Source: an uncultured Lacrimispora sp.
GTDB taxonomy: Bacteria; Bacillota; Clostridia; Lachnospirales; Lachnospiraceae
Length of the DNA: 64,000 nt
Direction of reading: 5' to 3'
Assembly: GCA_964402355.1 (NCBI GenBank)
Contig: CAYOCB010000019.1
Span: forward strand, 9,684-73,683
In this document: piece after piece, positions 1 to 9,015 of the stretch
Layout: the number at the start of each line of letters is the position of its first letter
Numbering within the stretch: the stretch's first letter is position 1
The notes under the pieces: generated by a model
Databases searched by the model: none
Seen by the model: only the letters and a program-made list of their open reading frames with translations
What the model was told of the DNA's origin: nothing
Position numbers and translations under genes: made by a program

Positions 1-7
1 TTCCTTG

Positions 8-1927
8 TTACATATTAGGATAACTAACGTCAGAAGGCATTCTCCAATCTCCTCTTGGGGATAAAGATACCGTACCGATCTTTGGTCCGTCCGGCAGACA
101 GGACCGTTTAAACTGCTGGCTGTAAAATCGTCTGTAAAACGTATTCTGTGTTTTTTTAATTTCTTCCCTGTCTAAATCCGGAAATGCGATGTACGCAAGC
201 TCCAGTATTTTCTGCTTCCCGAAGCCATTTCTCAGATAATGATACAGGAAAAAGTCGTGCAGGTCGTATTTTCCGATCGTTTCCTCTGTTGATTGTGTGA
301 TATTACCATCTGTGTCAGGAGGCAGCAGTTCCGGGCTGATTATCGTATTGCAGATGGACTTTAAGATTTCAGACAAATCCGGATGTAACTCCCCATATGT
401 AGATACCAAATATTTTACAAGTGTTTTAGGAACCCCGACGTTAACGCTATACATGGACATATGGTCGCCGTTATAGGTACACCAGCCTAAAGCCAGTTCA
501 GACATGTCGCCAGTGCCGATAACCAGTCCGCCCTCCTTATTTGCAATATCCATCAGAATCTGCGTACGTTCACGCGCCTGAACGTTCTCATAGGTCACAT
601 CATACTGTTCTGTATCATGTCCGATATCTTTAAAATGCTGCATACAGGCTGCTTTAATATCAATTGTCCTTGCCGTAATTCCCAGTGTTTCCATAAGGAG
701 TTCGGAATTATTCTTTGTTGACTTTGTAGTACCGAATCCAGGCATCGTAATGCCGATTATGTTTTCAGATGGAATCCCTAAATTATGAAAAGCTTCGAAT
801 GTTACTAATAGTGCCAGCGTAGAATCCAATCCACCAGAAACTCCAATGACGCACTTTTTGATTCCGATCTTTCGAATACGTTCCATAAGCCCGGTTTCCT
901 GAAGCTTTAAAATTTCCTTGCAGCGATCCTTACGTTTATGCCCTCCGGGTACGAATGGAAATGGATTTACATAGTCAGGTTTATGCAGGCTTCCTGAATT
1001 TACAGCATTCCCTTTAACAATTACATAATCCATCTCTTTTACCAATCTGTTTTCATAAGAACTGCTGTTATACTTCACTCTGTCGTTTTCAAGCCGTTCC
1101 ATATCAATAACTGCGGTCATAAGCGCTGTTTCTTCAATACGTTCCCCGATGATAGCTCCGTTACTTGCAATCATGCAGTGTCCGGAAAAAATCAAATCCG
1201 TAGTACTCTCCCCCATTCCGGAGGAACAGTAAGCATAAGCGCACATGCATCGTCCGGACTGCATTTTAACTAAATCCCTGCGGTATGCTGATTTGGTAGC
1301 GACTTCGTTTGATGCGGATGGATTCACTATCAGATTTGCTCCATGCATGGTATGGAATGAACTCGGCGGACAGTTTACCCATAAATCCTCACATATCTCA
1401 CAAGCCATGCGGATTCCGTTATTTCCTTCTACGATCAGGTTCGGAGTGAAGGGGACAGGCTTTTCAGACATACCGTCAAAACGGATTGTACAAGTATCGG
1501 AAAGTCGTGAGGAAGCTGGTACGAACCATCGTTTTTCATAAAACTCTGCATAGTTTGGAATAAAGCTTTTTGGAACGAATCCTACAATTTCACCGTTCAT
1601 GATGATAACCGCCGTATTAAAAAGCATTCCATCCTTTTTAAACGGTGCACCGATAACCAGAATGGTATCCGGTGCCATATACATATCTGCAGTATCTAAT
1701 AAAAGAAACAAAGCTTCCTCTACCATGTCTTCCATGTAGGACTGCAGAAATAAATCGCCGCATGTATACCCAGTAAGTGAAAGTTCCGGAAAAACCAATA
1801 CATCCACATTCAGATTTTTCGCCTCCTGGATAAGCTTCCCGATTCGTTTAGCATTCTTTATAGGATTGCCAACCACGACATCAAAATTTGCAGTTGCAAT
1901 CTTCGCCATTCTTAAATCTACGGACAT
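8..1927 (-). CDS. nadE: Glutamine-dependent NAD+ synthetase
   Basis: N-terminal nitrilase domain (FPEL, K in VPKSFIPNY, EICEDLW) plus synthetase domain (GVSGGLDST, ENVQARER, SELALGW, QQFKRSCLPDGPK). Confidence 0.97.
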   Translation of the reverse strand: MSVDLRMAKIATANFDVVVGNPIKNAKRIGKLIQEAKNLNVDVLVFPELSLTGYTCGDLFLQSYMEDMVEEALFLLLDTADMYMAPDTILVIGAPFKKDGMLFNTAVIIMNGEIVGFVPKSFIPNYAEFYEKRWFVPASSRLSDTCTIRFDGMSEKPVPFTPNLIVEGNNGIRMACEICEDLWVNCPPSSFHTMHGANLIVNPSASNEVATKSAYRRDLVKMQSGRCMCAYAYCSSGMGESTTDLIFSGHCMIASNGAIIGERIEETALMTAVIDMERLENDRVKYNSSSYENRLVKEMDYVIVKGNAVNSGSLHKPDYVNPFPFVPGGHKRKDRCKEILKLQETGLMERIRKIGIKKCVIGVSGGLDSTLALLVTFEAFHNLGIPSENIIGITMPGFGTTKSTKNNSELLMETLGITARTIDIKAACMQHFKDIGHDTEQYDVTYENVQARERTQILMDIANKEGGLVIGTGDMSELALGWCTYNGDHMSMYSVNVGVPKTLVKYLVSTYGELHPDLSEILKSICNTIISPELLPPDTDGNITQSTEETIGKYDLHDFFLYHYLRNGFGKQKILELAYIAFPDLDREEIKKTQNTFYRRFYSQQFKRSCLPDGPKIGTVSLSPRGDWRMPSDVSYPNM

Positions 1928-1928
1928 A

Positions 1929-2555
1929 TTAGCACTTCCTTTCTAATTCCTGGTATACGATATCCGGAATGATTTCTTTTACATCTTCAAGTTTTCTTTC
2001 TTTTATGGCATCCCGTACCATCGTCGAACTAATTGATTGGTTTTCAGGAGAACTGTCCATGATAATAAAATGCTCCCTCCGCTTTTCCAGGAATGAATTC
2101 TTTTGGATAATTTCTTCCACATCATCGAAATTTCTCCTTACGATCAGAAACTGGTATTCATTTACCAGTTTTTCTGCGTATGACCATCGGTTTAGTTCCG
2201 ACAGTTTATCTGAACCACATACGTAATAAACATCCTGTTTTCTCATCTTGTATTTATCGGCCAGATATTCCAGGGTCAGATACGTATTCCCTGGTACCGT
2301 ATCATAAATTTCGCATGAATCACAAAGAAATCCGTTCTTTGAAGCTGCCTGCATTAGCATCTGATACCGGTCAGCATCCGGGATGATATCCTTGCTTTCC
2401 ATATGCTTCCATGTACGGAGGAAGCTTGCTTTAGCAGGGACGTATACTACCTGACAGCTATCACCCAGTTTTTCCTTCGCAAACTTTCCGAGTTCCATAT
2501 GTGCATTCGTGACAGGATTAAAAGTTCCGGTAATTACAGCAAGCTTCCTTTTCAT
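1929..2555 (-). CDS. nadD: Nicotinate/nicotinamide mononucleotide adenylyltransferase
   Basis: GTFNPVTNAH (HxGH-like), CGSDKL, ISSTMVR motifs; NAD operon context. Confidence 0.88.
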   Translation of the reverse strand: MKRKLAVITGTFNPVTNAHMELGKFAKEKLGDSCQVVYVPAKASFLRTWKHMESKDIIPDADRYQMLMQAASKNGFLCDSCEIYDTVPGNTYLTLEYLADKYKMRKQDVYYVCGSDKLSELNRWSYAEKLVNEYQFLIVRRNFDDVEEIIQKNSFLEKRREHFIIMDSSPENQSISSTMVRDAIKERKLEDVKEIIPDIVYQELERKC

Positions 2556-2564
2556 AATGCTCTC

Positions 2565-4019
2565 CTATTCTGCCCGCATTTCATGCAGCAGGCTCATCTT
2601 CAGCTCATAATATTCCGGGCTCATATCAAGGTAATGTTTATGAGGGTTTTCAAAACGCTGCTCTTCTTCCCATACCTCATGTTCCAACTGATTTTTAACA
2701 TAGTTTTTGATCTCATCTAAAGCTATCGGTTCTGTAACCCTTTTTCCTCCTTTTAAAACCAATTCCAGAAGAGGACGTATGGTACAGTTTTCAAAATAAC
2801 GGTTCTTCCAAGGCTTTTCCGGGTCTACGTATCGGTACGGTTTTGTCATATCGATAATCTCATCTTCCTTTGCAATAAGGTCAGCGACTGCATGTCCGGA
2901 CTTATCATATACACGATATACTTTTTTAAACCCCGGATTAGTAATCTTCTCCACATTTTCAGATACTTTGATACGTGGTTTGAACATTCCATTCTCTTCC
3001 ACGGCACTTATTTTATAGACCGCACCGAAAACCGGGTCAGATTTCGCAGTGATCAAGCGTTCACCAACTCCGAAACTATCGATACATGCACCTTGGCGGA
3101 GAATGGACTCGATAATGTATTCATCCAGGCTGTTGGAGGCAATGATCTTACAGTCCGTAAGTCCAGCTTTATCAAGCATCTTGCGTACTTTCTTGGACAA
3201 ATAAGCAAGGTCACCGGAGTCCAGGCGTACGCCTTTAAGGCGCTTTCCCATAGGCTCCAGTACTTCTCTGGCTATACGGATTGAATTGGGAATTCCAGAT
3301 TTTAAAACATCATAGGTATCTACTAACAGTACAGTATTATCCGGATAATTTACTGCATAGTGTCTAAAAGCTTCATATTCATCTTTGTAATACATCACCC
3401 AGGAATGTGCCATAGTCCCATTTATAGGAATACCAAACTTCTGCCCGGCAAGAACGGTGGCAGTTCCATCTACACCACCAATAAAGGCAGCCCTTGCACC
3501 ATATACAGCAGCATCAATGTTATGGGCACGTCTCGCTCCGAAGTCAGAAACAATACGATTCTCAGCTGCCCGTACAATACGGCAGGCTTTGGTAGTAATA
3601 AGAGACTGATGGTTCACCTGTGTCAGGATAGCGGTCTCTATAAGCTGCGCATCGATGAGTGGTGCTACAATCGTCATGATGGGTTCATTTGGATACATCA
3701 CGGTACCTTCCCGGAATGCAAAAATGTCACCTTTAAAATGAAATTCCTTTAAATAAACAAGAAATTCCTCAGAGAATAAGTTGAGAGACTTTAAATATTC
3801 AATATCCTCCTTATCAAAATGCATGTTCTCTACGTATTCCATAATCTGTTCCAGGCCGGCAAAGATTGCAAAGCCACCGTCATCCGGGTTTTTACGATAA
3901 AAAACATCAAATGCCACCTTTGTGTTTTGATCCTGATCAGCGAAATAGCCGTTCGCCATGGTCATTTCATATAAATCCATCATCATGCTGATATTTCTTT
4001 TATCAAATTGAGTTCTCAT
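2565..4019 (-). CDS. pncB: Nicotinate phosphoribosyltransferase
   Basis: DLYEMTM, DFGARRAH, GTMAHSWV, VDTYD, VRLDSGDL; start moved to ATG 4019 behind GGAGG. Confidence 0.96.
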   Translation of the reverse strand: MRTQFDKRNISMMMDLYEMTMANGYFADQDQNTKVAFDVFYRKNPDDGGFAIFAGLEQIMEYVENMHFDKEDIEYLKSLNLFSEEFLVYLKEFHFKGDIFAFREGTVMYPNEPIMTIVAPLIDAQLIETAILTQVNHQSLITTKACRIVRAAENRIVSDFGARRAHNIDAAVYGARAAFIGGVDGTATVLAGQKFGIPINGTMAHSWVMYYKDEYEAFRHYAVNYPDNTVLLVDTYDVLKSGIPNSIRIAREVLEPMGKRLKGVRLDSGDLAYLSKKVRKMLDKAGLTDCKIIASNSLDEYIIESILRQGACIDSFGVGERLITAKSDPVFGAVYKISAVEENGMFKPRIKVSENVEKITNPGFKKVYRVYDKSGHAVADLIAKEDEIIDMTKPYRYVDPEKPWKNRYFENCTIRPLLELVLKGGKRVTEPIALDEIKNYVKNQLEHEVWEEEQRFENPHKHYLDMSPEYYELKMSLLHEMRAE

Positions 4020-4079
4020 TTTTTTCCTCCTATACAGCAATGCCGTTTTCTTTATTCTTATTATTTGTGCCCTGCCTTA

Positions 4080-4610
4080 TTATTTTACAAGGATCTGACA
4101 ACTTCTCATGGTTTCCAATGCAGCTTCCTGCTTTTCTGGCGTGGTACCGGCGCAGCAGCCGGAACCAACGATGACAGGTACTTCAGGTATGTATGCCTTT
4201 AACAGCAATGCATTGGATACTACACAAATATCTGTGCAGACGCCGATGAGTTCGATAGATTCGATGTCCTGTTTGATATTCTCAGCTCTCAAATCAATCG
4301 CAAGATTCACGCAGCCAAACGTACCTTTTGTATAACTCGGCCATTTTCCTTTCATACATATGTCCTCCAGCGGCTCAATTAAATCCCACCCATCGGAATA
4401 GGCAATGCAGTGTTCAACCGGGAGATTCCTCCCTTCCTGTGTCTGCAGATAGTTTTCACGGTGAGTATCTTTTGTAAAGATAACTGTCCCATCGAAATTC
4501 TTTACTTTCTCAATAACAGCTGGTACGATCTGACGCGCTTCCTTAGAACCAAGCGATCCGTAAATGAAATCTTCCTGCATATCAACTACAATCAAATATT
4601 TTCTTGCCAT
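4080..4610 (-). CDS. pncA: Nicotinamidase (isochorismatase family cysteine hydrolase)
   Basis: VVDMQEDF, DTH, EHC, K, GVCTDICV motifs; start moved to ATG 4610 to remove overlap with nrtR. Confidence 0.9.
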   Translation of the reverse strand: MARKYLIVVDMQEDFIYGSLGSKEARQIVPAVIEKVKNFDGTVIFTKDTHRENYLQTQEGRNLPVEHCIAYSDGWDLIEPLEDICMKGKWPSYTKGTFGCVNLAIDLRAENIKQDIESIELIGVCTDICVVSNALLLKAYIPEVPVIVGSGCCAGTTPEKQEAALETMRSCQILVK

Positions 4611-4623
4611 TCTCTTTTCTCCT

Positions 4624-5361
4624 TCATCCGTTAAACCGATAACATTTTGCTTCTCTTGCTGAATGCTTCGTACTGGTTTCATTAAGCTCTGTGACAATTC
4701 CCTCATTTAAATATCTGCTTTTAAATACTCTGCGGAAGTTGCTGGCATTAAGCGCTTTTCCTTTAATCGCCTCATGGATCTGCTGAAGTTCATAAATAGA
4801 GAAACAGTGTTTATCTTCTAAGAGCTCAAACGCAATATCCGTATAATCAAGTTTTCCCGCCAAACGTTTTAATCCCATCTGAATTATTTTTTCATGATCA
4901 AATGCCAGATCATTTACATTCAGTTTTGTACCGTCTTCTGATTTGAATTTCAGTTCCCAGTTATCAAGTGAGATTTCAAAGAGCTTAGCTTCCGAGGCAT
5001 CGTCACCAGCCGCAAACTGAAGTTTTTCTTTTGGCACCAATGCAATGTATGCCACTGAGATGACACGCATTCTCGGGTCTCTGTCAACCTCCCCAAATGT
5101 GTATAACTGTTCTAAGTAGATATCTGACACCCCTGTCTCTTCCTGCAGTTCTCTCTTTGCGGCATCATCAACAGACTCTTCCAGATTCACGAATCCACCG
5201 GGGATAGCCCATTTACCGGCAAAAGGATGTCCTCCCCGTTTGATAAGGAGCAGTTCGAGGCTATGTGATTCGTTCATGGTGAACACAAGGATATCAGCTG
5301 TTACAGACGGCTTCTTGTATTGATCCGGATTATAGGAAGCTAAAAATTCTTTTTCTGTCAT
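4624..5361 (-). CDS. nrtR: Nudix-related transcriptional regulator of NAD metabolism
   Basis: Nudix box (GGFV..ES...AAKRELQEETGV), RDPR, AFDH, C-terminal winged HTH (NFRR); first gene of NAD operon. Confidence 0.9.
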   Translation of the reverse strand: MTEKEFLASYNPDQYKKPSVTADILVFTMNESHSLELLLIKRGGHPFAGKWAIPGGFVNLEESVDDAAKRELQEETGVSDIYLEQLYTFGEVDRDPRMRVISVAYIALVPKEKLQFAAGDDASEAKLFEISLDNWELKFKSEDGTKLNVNDLAFDHEKIIQMGLKRLAGKLDYTDIAFELLEDKHCFSIYELQQIHEAIKGKALNASNFRRVFKSRYLNEGIVTELNETSTKHSAREAKCYRFNG

Positions 5362-5376
5362 ATTCCCTCACCTTTC

Positions 5377-5397
5377 ATATGGTCTATGCGACTATTT
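5377..5397. promoter_or_regulatory. Second (degenerate) NrtR operator
   Basis: ATATGGTCTATGCGACTATTT contains GT-N7-AC core, 36 bp from the main site. Confidence 0.6.
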
Positions 5398-5411
5398 ATT
5401 ATATATTTTGT

Positions 5412-5440
5412 ATTATAGTCATAATGACTATATATGTCAA
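5412..5440 (-). promoter_or_regulatory. Sigma-A promoter with overlapping NrtR operator
   Basis: TTGACA (5440-5435)-17 bp-TATAAT (5417-5412); perfect 9-1-9 palindrome TATAGTCAT-A-ATGACTATA at 5414-5432 with GT-N7-AC core. Confidence 0.88.
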
Positions 5441-5445
5441 TAGGT

Positions 5446-5631
5446 TCAGAGAAAAAAATAAAAATATACAACTTTATTTATCTGCAAAAAGCTTTTCATG
5501 ATTCTTTCTCTTTCTTTTTTATACAGTAGGAGGTAAGCGGCAATTGTTATCGGATCGTCACCATTTGTATATCTTACCTCAGTATCTCTTGATAATTGGC
5601 CGCTTAACTGTACTTTATTCAACTTTTTCAT
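5446..5631 (-). pseudogene. ssb: Truncated single-stranded DNA-binding protein (N-terminal ~35 aa only)
   Basis: LNKVQLSGQLSRDTEVRYT resembles SSB N-terminus (NKV.L.GRLTRDPE.RY); similarity lost after ~35 codons. Confidence 0.7.
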
Positions 5632-5727
5632 TTCTTTCTCTTATATTCCGCAATTTCTCTGATTCATTATGCTTTCCCTTAACTCATAGATTGATAACCT
5701 TAATATGCAAAGGGACTGGTATGTAAG

Positions 5728-5753
5728 CAAAAAGGACACCCGCAGGTGCCTTT
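5728..5753 (-). terminator. Probable intrinsic terminator
   Basis: Minus strand AAAGGCACC-TGC-GGGTGTCCTTTTT hairpin with U tract. Confidence 0.5.
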
Positions 5754-5974
5754 ATCACACATTATAAGCAATAATAAAATTTTGGAATAAACATTCGATT
5801 ACTTCTTCTCTGTATTGTATGCTAAAAATTAATCCCATCTATCTATTTTATATAATAGAGTTCCAGTATCTGTTAACACTTTAAATACTTCGTTCCATTC
5901 ACTACCTTTGAAGTTTTATACCACAAGCCTATAAGCAGGCAAAAACGAAAAAGAATAGAAAAAAATTATGGCAT

Positions 5975-6649
5975 TTATTTGTTTTTCAGGTATTTACATA
6001 TATTGTCAATTGTAAGGTCTTTTTCTTCAATAGCATTTGTTATGTCATCAATTAAATCCGTTGCCAGATAAAATCCTTTTTTATCAGCTAAGAATATTCT
6101 GGCTCTGGGTCGTGGCATCAGACCTTGAGGACCGGCACCTGTGATGTAATTAATTATTACTATTACATCTTTGTGATTATCATTGTTTACATCCTCAAAA
6201 CCAACAGCTGCCACACTATCATAAAGACCTGCATAATTATCCGTTCTGTTATTTTCACAATAATATGGAAAAGAATATACAATTTTATCATCTTTTATCA
6301 ATAAAAATGAAACATCTTCAAAATCAATACTGGTATCTGGTTCATATGAAATAAACTTTACTTTTCCCCAATCATTTAGTTCTATATCAAACGATTGGGT
6401 TTGTATAATTCGATTTTCTTCCAGAGATTCTTCTGAAGAATCATCTGTTTCCCGTTTTCCGTTTTCACTAACCAGGCTCTCTTTTGATTCCTTCTTTTCA
6501 TCTTCCTGTTTTAATTCTGTATTCATACTAACGCTTTCTCGTTGTTTATCATCTGACTGATTTAATCTTCCATTACTTGATTTCTGACATCCAGCAATAA
6601 AACACACACTCATTAAAGTTATTACAAATAAAATAATGTTTCTTTTCAT
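5975..6649 (-). CDS. Hypothetical lipoprotein
   Basis: Signal peptide with lipobox FIAGC, acidic linker, DVNNDNHKD Ca-binding-like motif. Confidence 0.8.
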   Translation of the reverse strand: MKRNIILFVITLMSVCFIAGCQKSSNGRLNQSDDKQRESVSMNTELKQEDEKKESKESLVSENGKRETDDSSEESLEENRIIQTQSFDIELNDWGKVKFISYEPDTSIDFEDVSFLLIKDDKIVYSFPYYCENNRTDNYAGLYDSVAAVGFEDVNNDNHKDVIVIINYITGAGPQGLMPRPRARIFLADKKGFYLATDLIDDITNAIEEKDLTIDNICKYLKNK

Positions 6650-6942
6650 TTTCTAAAACCTTTCATTTTTTTATGTAAGCACAATCAAATAGATCTTTGT
6701 TATGTATTTCATATTGTTTATTCATTGCTAAATTCCCCCCACAGATATATGAAACTAAATAATGTTCAACTTCTTTTTCAAATGTTGTCATTGCCCCTCT
6801 AAAACAGTCCATCTTCAAATTGCAGACAAATAATAGTATTGAATAAATACCAATTATAAGTTCTTAGTTTACATTTAAATAAAATTCTTCTTTTTAATTA
6901 TTGAATTTGCAAATTCAAAAAAATAAAAAAGGAGAAAAAATT

Positions 6943-7710
6943 ATGGCAGATTATGACAATTCAAGGTACACATATGCGCAGGTGCTTGCTGGTACCGGCT
7001 ATTATATGAAGGATGATAAACTTCGTTACAGCGCAGGCGTAAAAACAATGCAGGGAAAACTGAATACAGCAGGATATAACTGTGGTACTCCTGATGGAAA
7101 ATTCGGCAGTGGTACGGATACTGGAGTTAGAAATTTCCAGAGAGCCAAAGGTCTTACCGTGGATGGCAAGGCTGGTAAAGCTACTCTAACAACCCTTGAT
7201 GCAGCAGGTTCAGGCAGTGGATCAACCTATTGCAGCAATAGTTATTTGACAACGAAACAAATGACCGTGAATGCTCAATATATCCTTAATTATTTACGAG
7301 GTAAGGGCTGGACCAAAAATGCTGTCTGCGGAATGCTTGGAAATATGCAGACAGAAAGTACGATAAATCCAGGTATCTGGCAGAGTCTGAAGGTGAATAA
7401 CATGAATGGAGGGTTTGGTTTAGTCCAATGGACACCTGCAACAAAATATATAGACTGGGCTAATAGCAATAATCTGGCGGTTGCTAATATGGATAGTGAA
7501 TTGAAACGTATTCTGTATGAGGTAAGCAATAGGTTACAGTTTTATTCTACTTCTAAGTATAATATGACTTTCTCACAATTTACTCATTCTACAGAAAGTG
7601 CCTATTACCTGGCCTGTGCTTTTTTACATAATTACGAAAGACCGGCCAATGCTTCACAGGATCAGACACGGGGTAATCAGGCAGCCAATTGGTATAATAC
7701 ATTAAATTAA
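6943..7710 (+). CDS. Peptidoglycan-binding domain + phage tail lysozyme-like muramidase
   Basis: PG_binding_1 signature (DGKFG..T...VRNFQ...GL.VDG.AG..T) then [13 protein letters not shown]...GLVQWT...YERP; ATG 6943 after AGGAG; no signal peptide. Confidence 0.88.
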   Translation: MADYDNSRYTYAQVLAGTGYYMKDDKLRYSAGVKTMQGKLNTAGYNCGTPDGKFGSGTDTGVRNFQRAKGLTVDGKAGKATLTTLDAAGSGSGSTYCSNSYLTTKQMTVNAQYILNYLRGKGWTKNAVCGMLGNMQTESTINPGIWQSLKVNNMNGGFGLVQWTPATKYIDWANSNNLAVANMDSELKRILYEVSNRLQFYSTSKYNMTFSQFTHSTESAYYLACAFLHNYERPANASQDQTRGNQAANWYNTLN

Positions 7711-7748
7711 AGGCAGCCAATTATAGGATGCTCTAAAAATAAACGATT

Positions 7749-7771
7749 GGCCAAGGGCAGAACCCTTGGCC
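7749..7771. terminator. Terminator between convergent genes
   Basis: GGCCAAGGG-CAGAA-CCCTTGGCC perfect 9-bp stem. Confidence 0.75.
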
Positions 7772-7841
7772 GGTTGTTGTTATTAAGTATAAAAAGATTT
7801 TGTTTGAACATGCGTATTCAAATTGTGTCCTGTGGACATCA

Positions 7842-8750
7842 TTAATCTTCCCAATAATTCTGTTCGAGGAGATAAAACTGCTGTATATCACTGTATTTAA
7901 GCTGAGCTTCAAAGTGATCATTTCCGGTTGCGTGAACAGCAGGCATACTCAGCACAATGCCGTCAGGCTTTAGGAAACAAGAAATGTTATCAGCTATGCT
8001 AAAAGGGTCTACTGTCTGATATTCCGACGTTTGAAGGTTGAGCATTTCCGGGAAACTGGCTTCATCATATGAAGTTATTGGATTCGCAGGAAAAAAAGCT
8101 TTATCAAAAAACACCTTTTCAAAATCAGCATTGGTTGTATACAAATCTTTGAGGGTAATTTCTTTCATAGACTGTAAGTCTACGTTGAGTGCGATTAGAT
8201 TATTGGACGTATATGCACCACCTTCCATATAACTTGTTCCCCAAAAAACAATGCTTACTATTTTATTGTTTTGCAATGTAACTGCAGACTGATAATCAAT
8301 GGTCAAACCGGCATCACTTGAGAATAGAGATGTATCAATTTTTGCAAAACTCTGCACTTTATCATAAACCAGTGTATTTAACGTATCAAAATCATTACCA
8401 GAGAAATTTGGATATTGAATTTTTATTGAACTGTTTTTATTGGGCGCTTCTGTATAAATCGACATCGTGTAACTTTCATCAGAAGTATTAGAAGTTACTG
8501 ACTCCTCGGAATTGTTTGTAGTTACTGACTCTTCTGAAGTATCAGAAGTTACTGACTCCTCGGAATTGTTTACAGTTACTGACTCCTCGGAATTACTTGT
8601 GGTTTTTGACTCATCAGAATGATTTGAAGTCTCCGACTCCTGTACAGCTGTCTCAGCAGGTGTTTCATCTTTTACAGTTTTTTGTCCACAGCTCACAATA
8701 AAAATACAACAAATCATTATAGAACTTAAAAGAATTATTTTCTTATTCAT
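7842..8750 (-). CDS. Lipoprotein with DUF4163/DUF3298 (RsiV/PdaC-like) domain
   Basis: Lipobox FIVSC; Ser/Thr/Glu repeat linker; IKIQYP...LN...SI.F....Y..GGAY...N.DL...EITLKDL pattern; start ATG 8750 after GGAGG. Confidence 0.7.
   Translation of the reverse strand: MNKKIILLSSIMICCIFIVSCGQKTVKDETPAETAVQESETSNHSDESKTTSNSEESVTVNNSEESVTSDTSEESVTTNNSEESVTSNTSDESYTMSIYTEAPNKNSSIKIQYPNFSGNDFDTLNTLVYDKVQSFAKIDTSLFSSDAGLTIDYQSAVTLQNNKIVSIVFWGTSYMEGGAYTSNNLIALNVDLQSMKEITLKDLYTTNADFEKVFFDKAFFPANPITSYDEASFPEMLNLQTSEYQTVDPFSIADNISCFLKPDGIVLSMPAVHATGNDHFEAQLKYSDIQQFYLLEQNYWED
8494..8601. repeat. 27-bp coding tandem repeat, 4 copies (xxSEESVTx)
   Basis: GTTACTGACTC starts at 8494, 8521, 8548, 8575. Confidence 0.92.
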
Positions 8751-8950
8751 TAATACACCTCCACTTAAATTGATACATATTGTAGCATATTTAAAATAAT
8801 ATATCAATTTTAAATTCCTTAATTTTATATCCTCATTTCCTTAATTTTAGTATCCTCAGTTTTAATATAATTTACAAATTAATAAGAATCCATTTTATTT
8901 ATGTATGTCCGCAATGTTGTTATGACAGCTTCTTATAATCCATCTATCTG

Positions 8951-8999
8951 AAAAATGCCACGAACCCCATCGTTCATTTAAAATGGGGTTCATGGCATT
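8951..8999 (-). terminator. Terminator of BCCT-mttB operon
   Basis: AATGCCACGAACCCCAT...ATGGGGTTCATGGCATT inverted repeat, U tract on minus strand. Confidence 0.8.
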
Positions 9000-9015
9000 A
9001 ATCATGAAAATATAA

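Noticed and set aside
8..5361. Phage-type anti-defence NAD reconstitution pathway
   Set aside because: Gene set is the standard deamidating salvage route under NrtR; no Nampt or ADPR-pyrophosphate synthetase and no phage context.
5760..5950. Possible gene fragment on the minus strand (KGSEWNEVFKVLTDTG...)
   Set aside because: Too short and not recognisable.
8494..8601. CRISPR array
   Set aside because: In-frame 27-bp coding tandem repeat with no unique spacers or cas genes.
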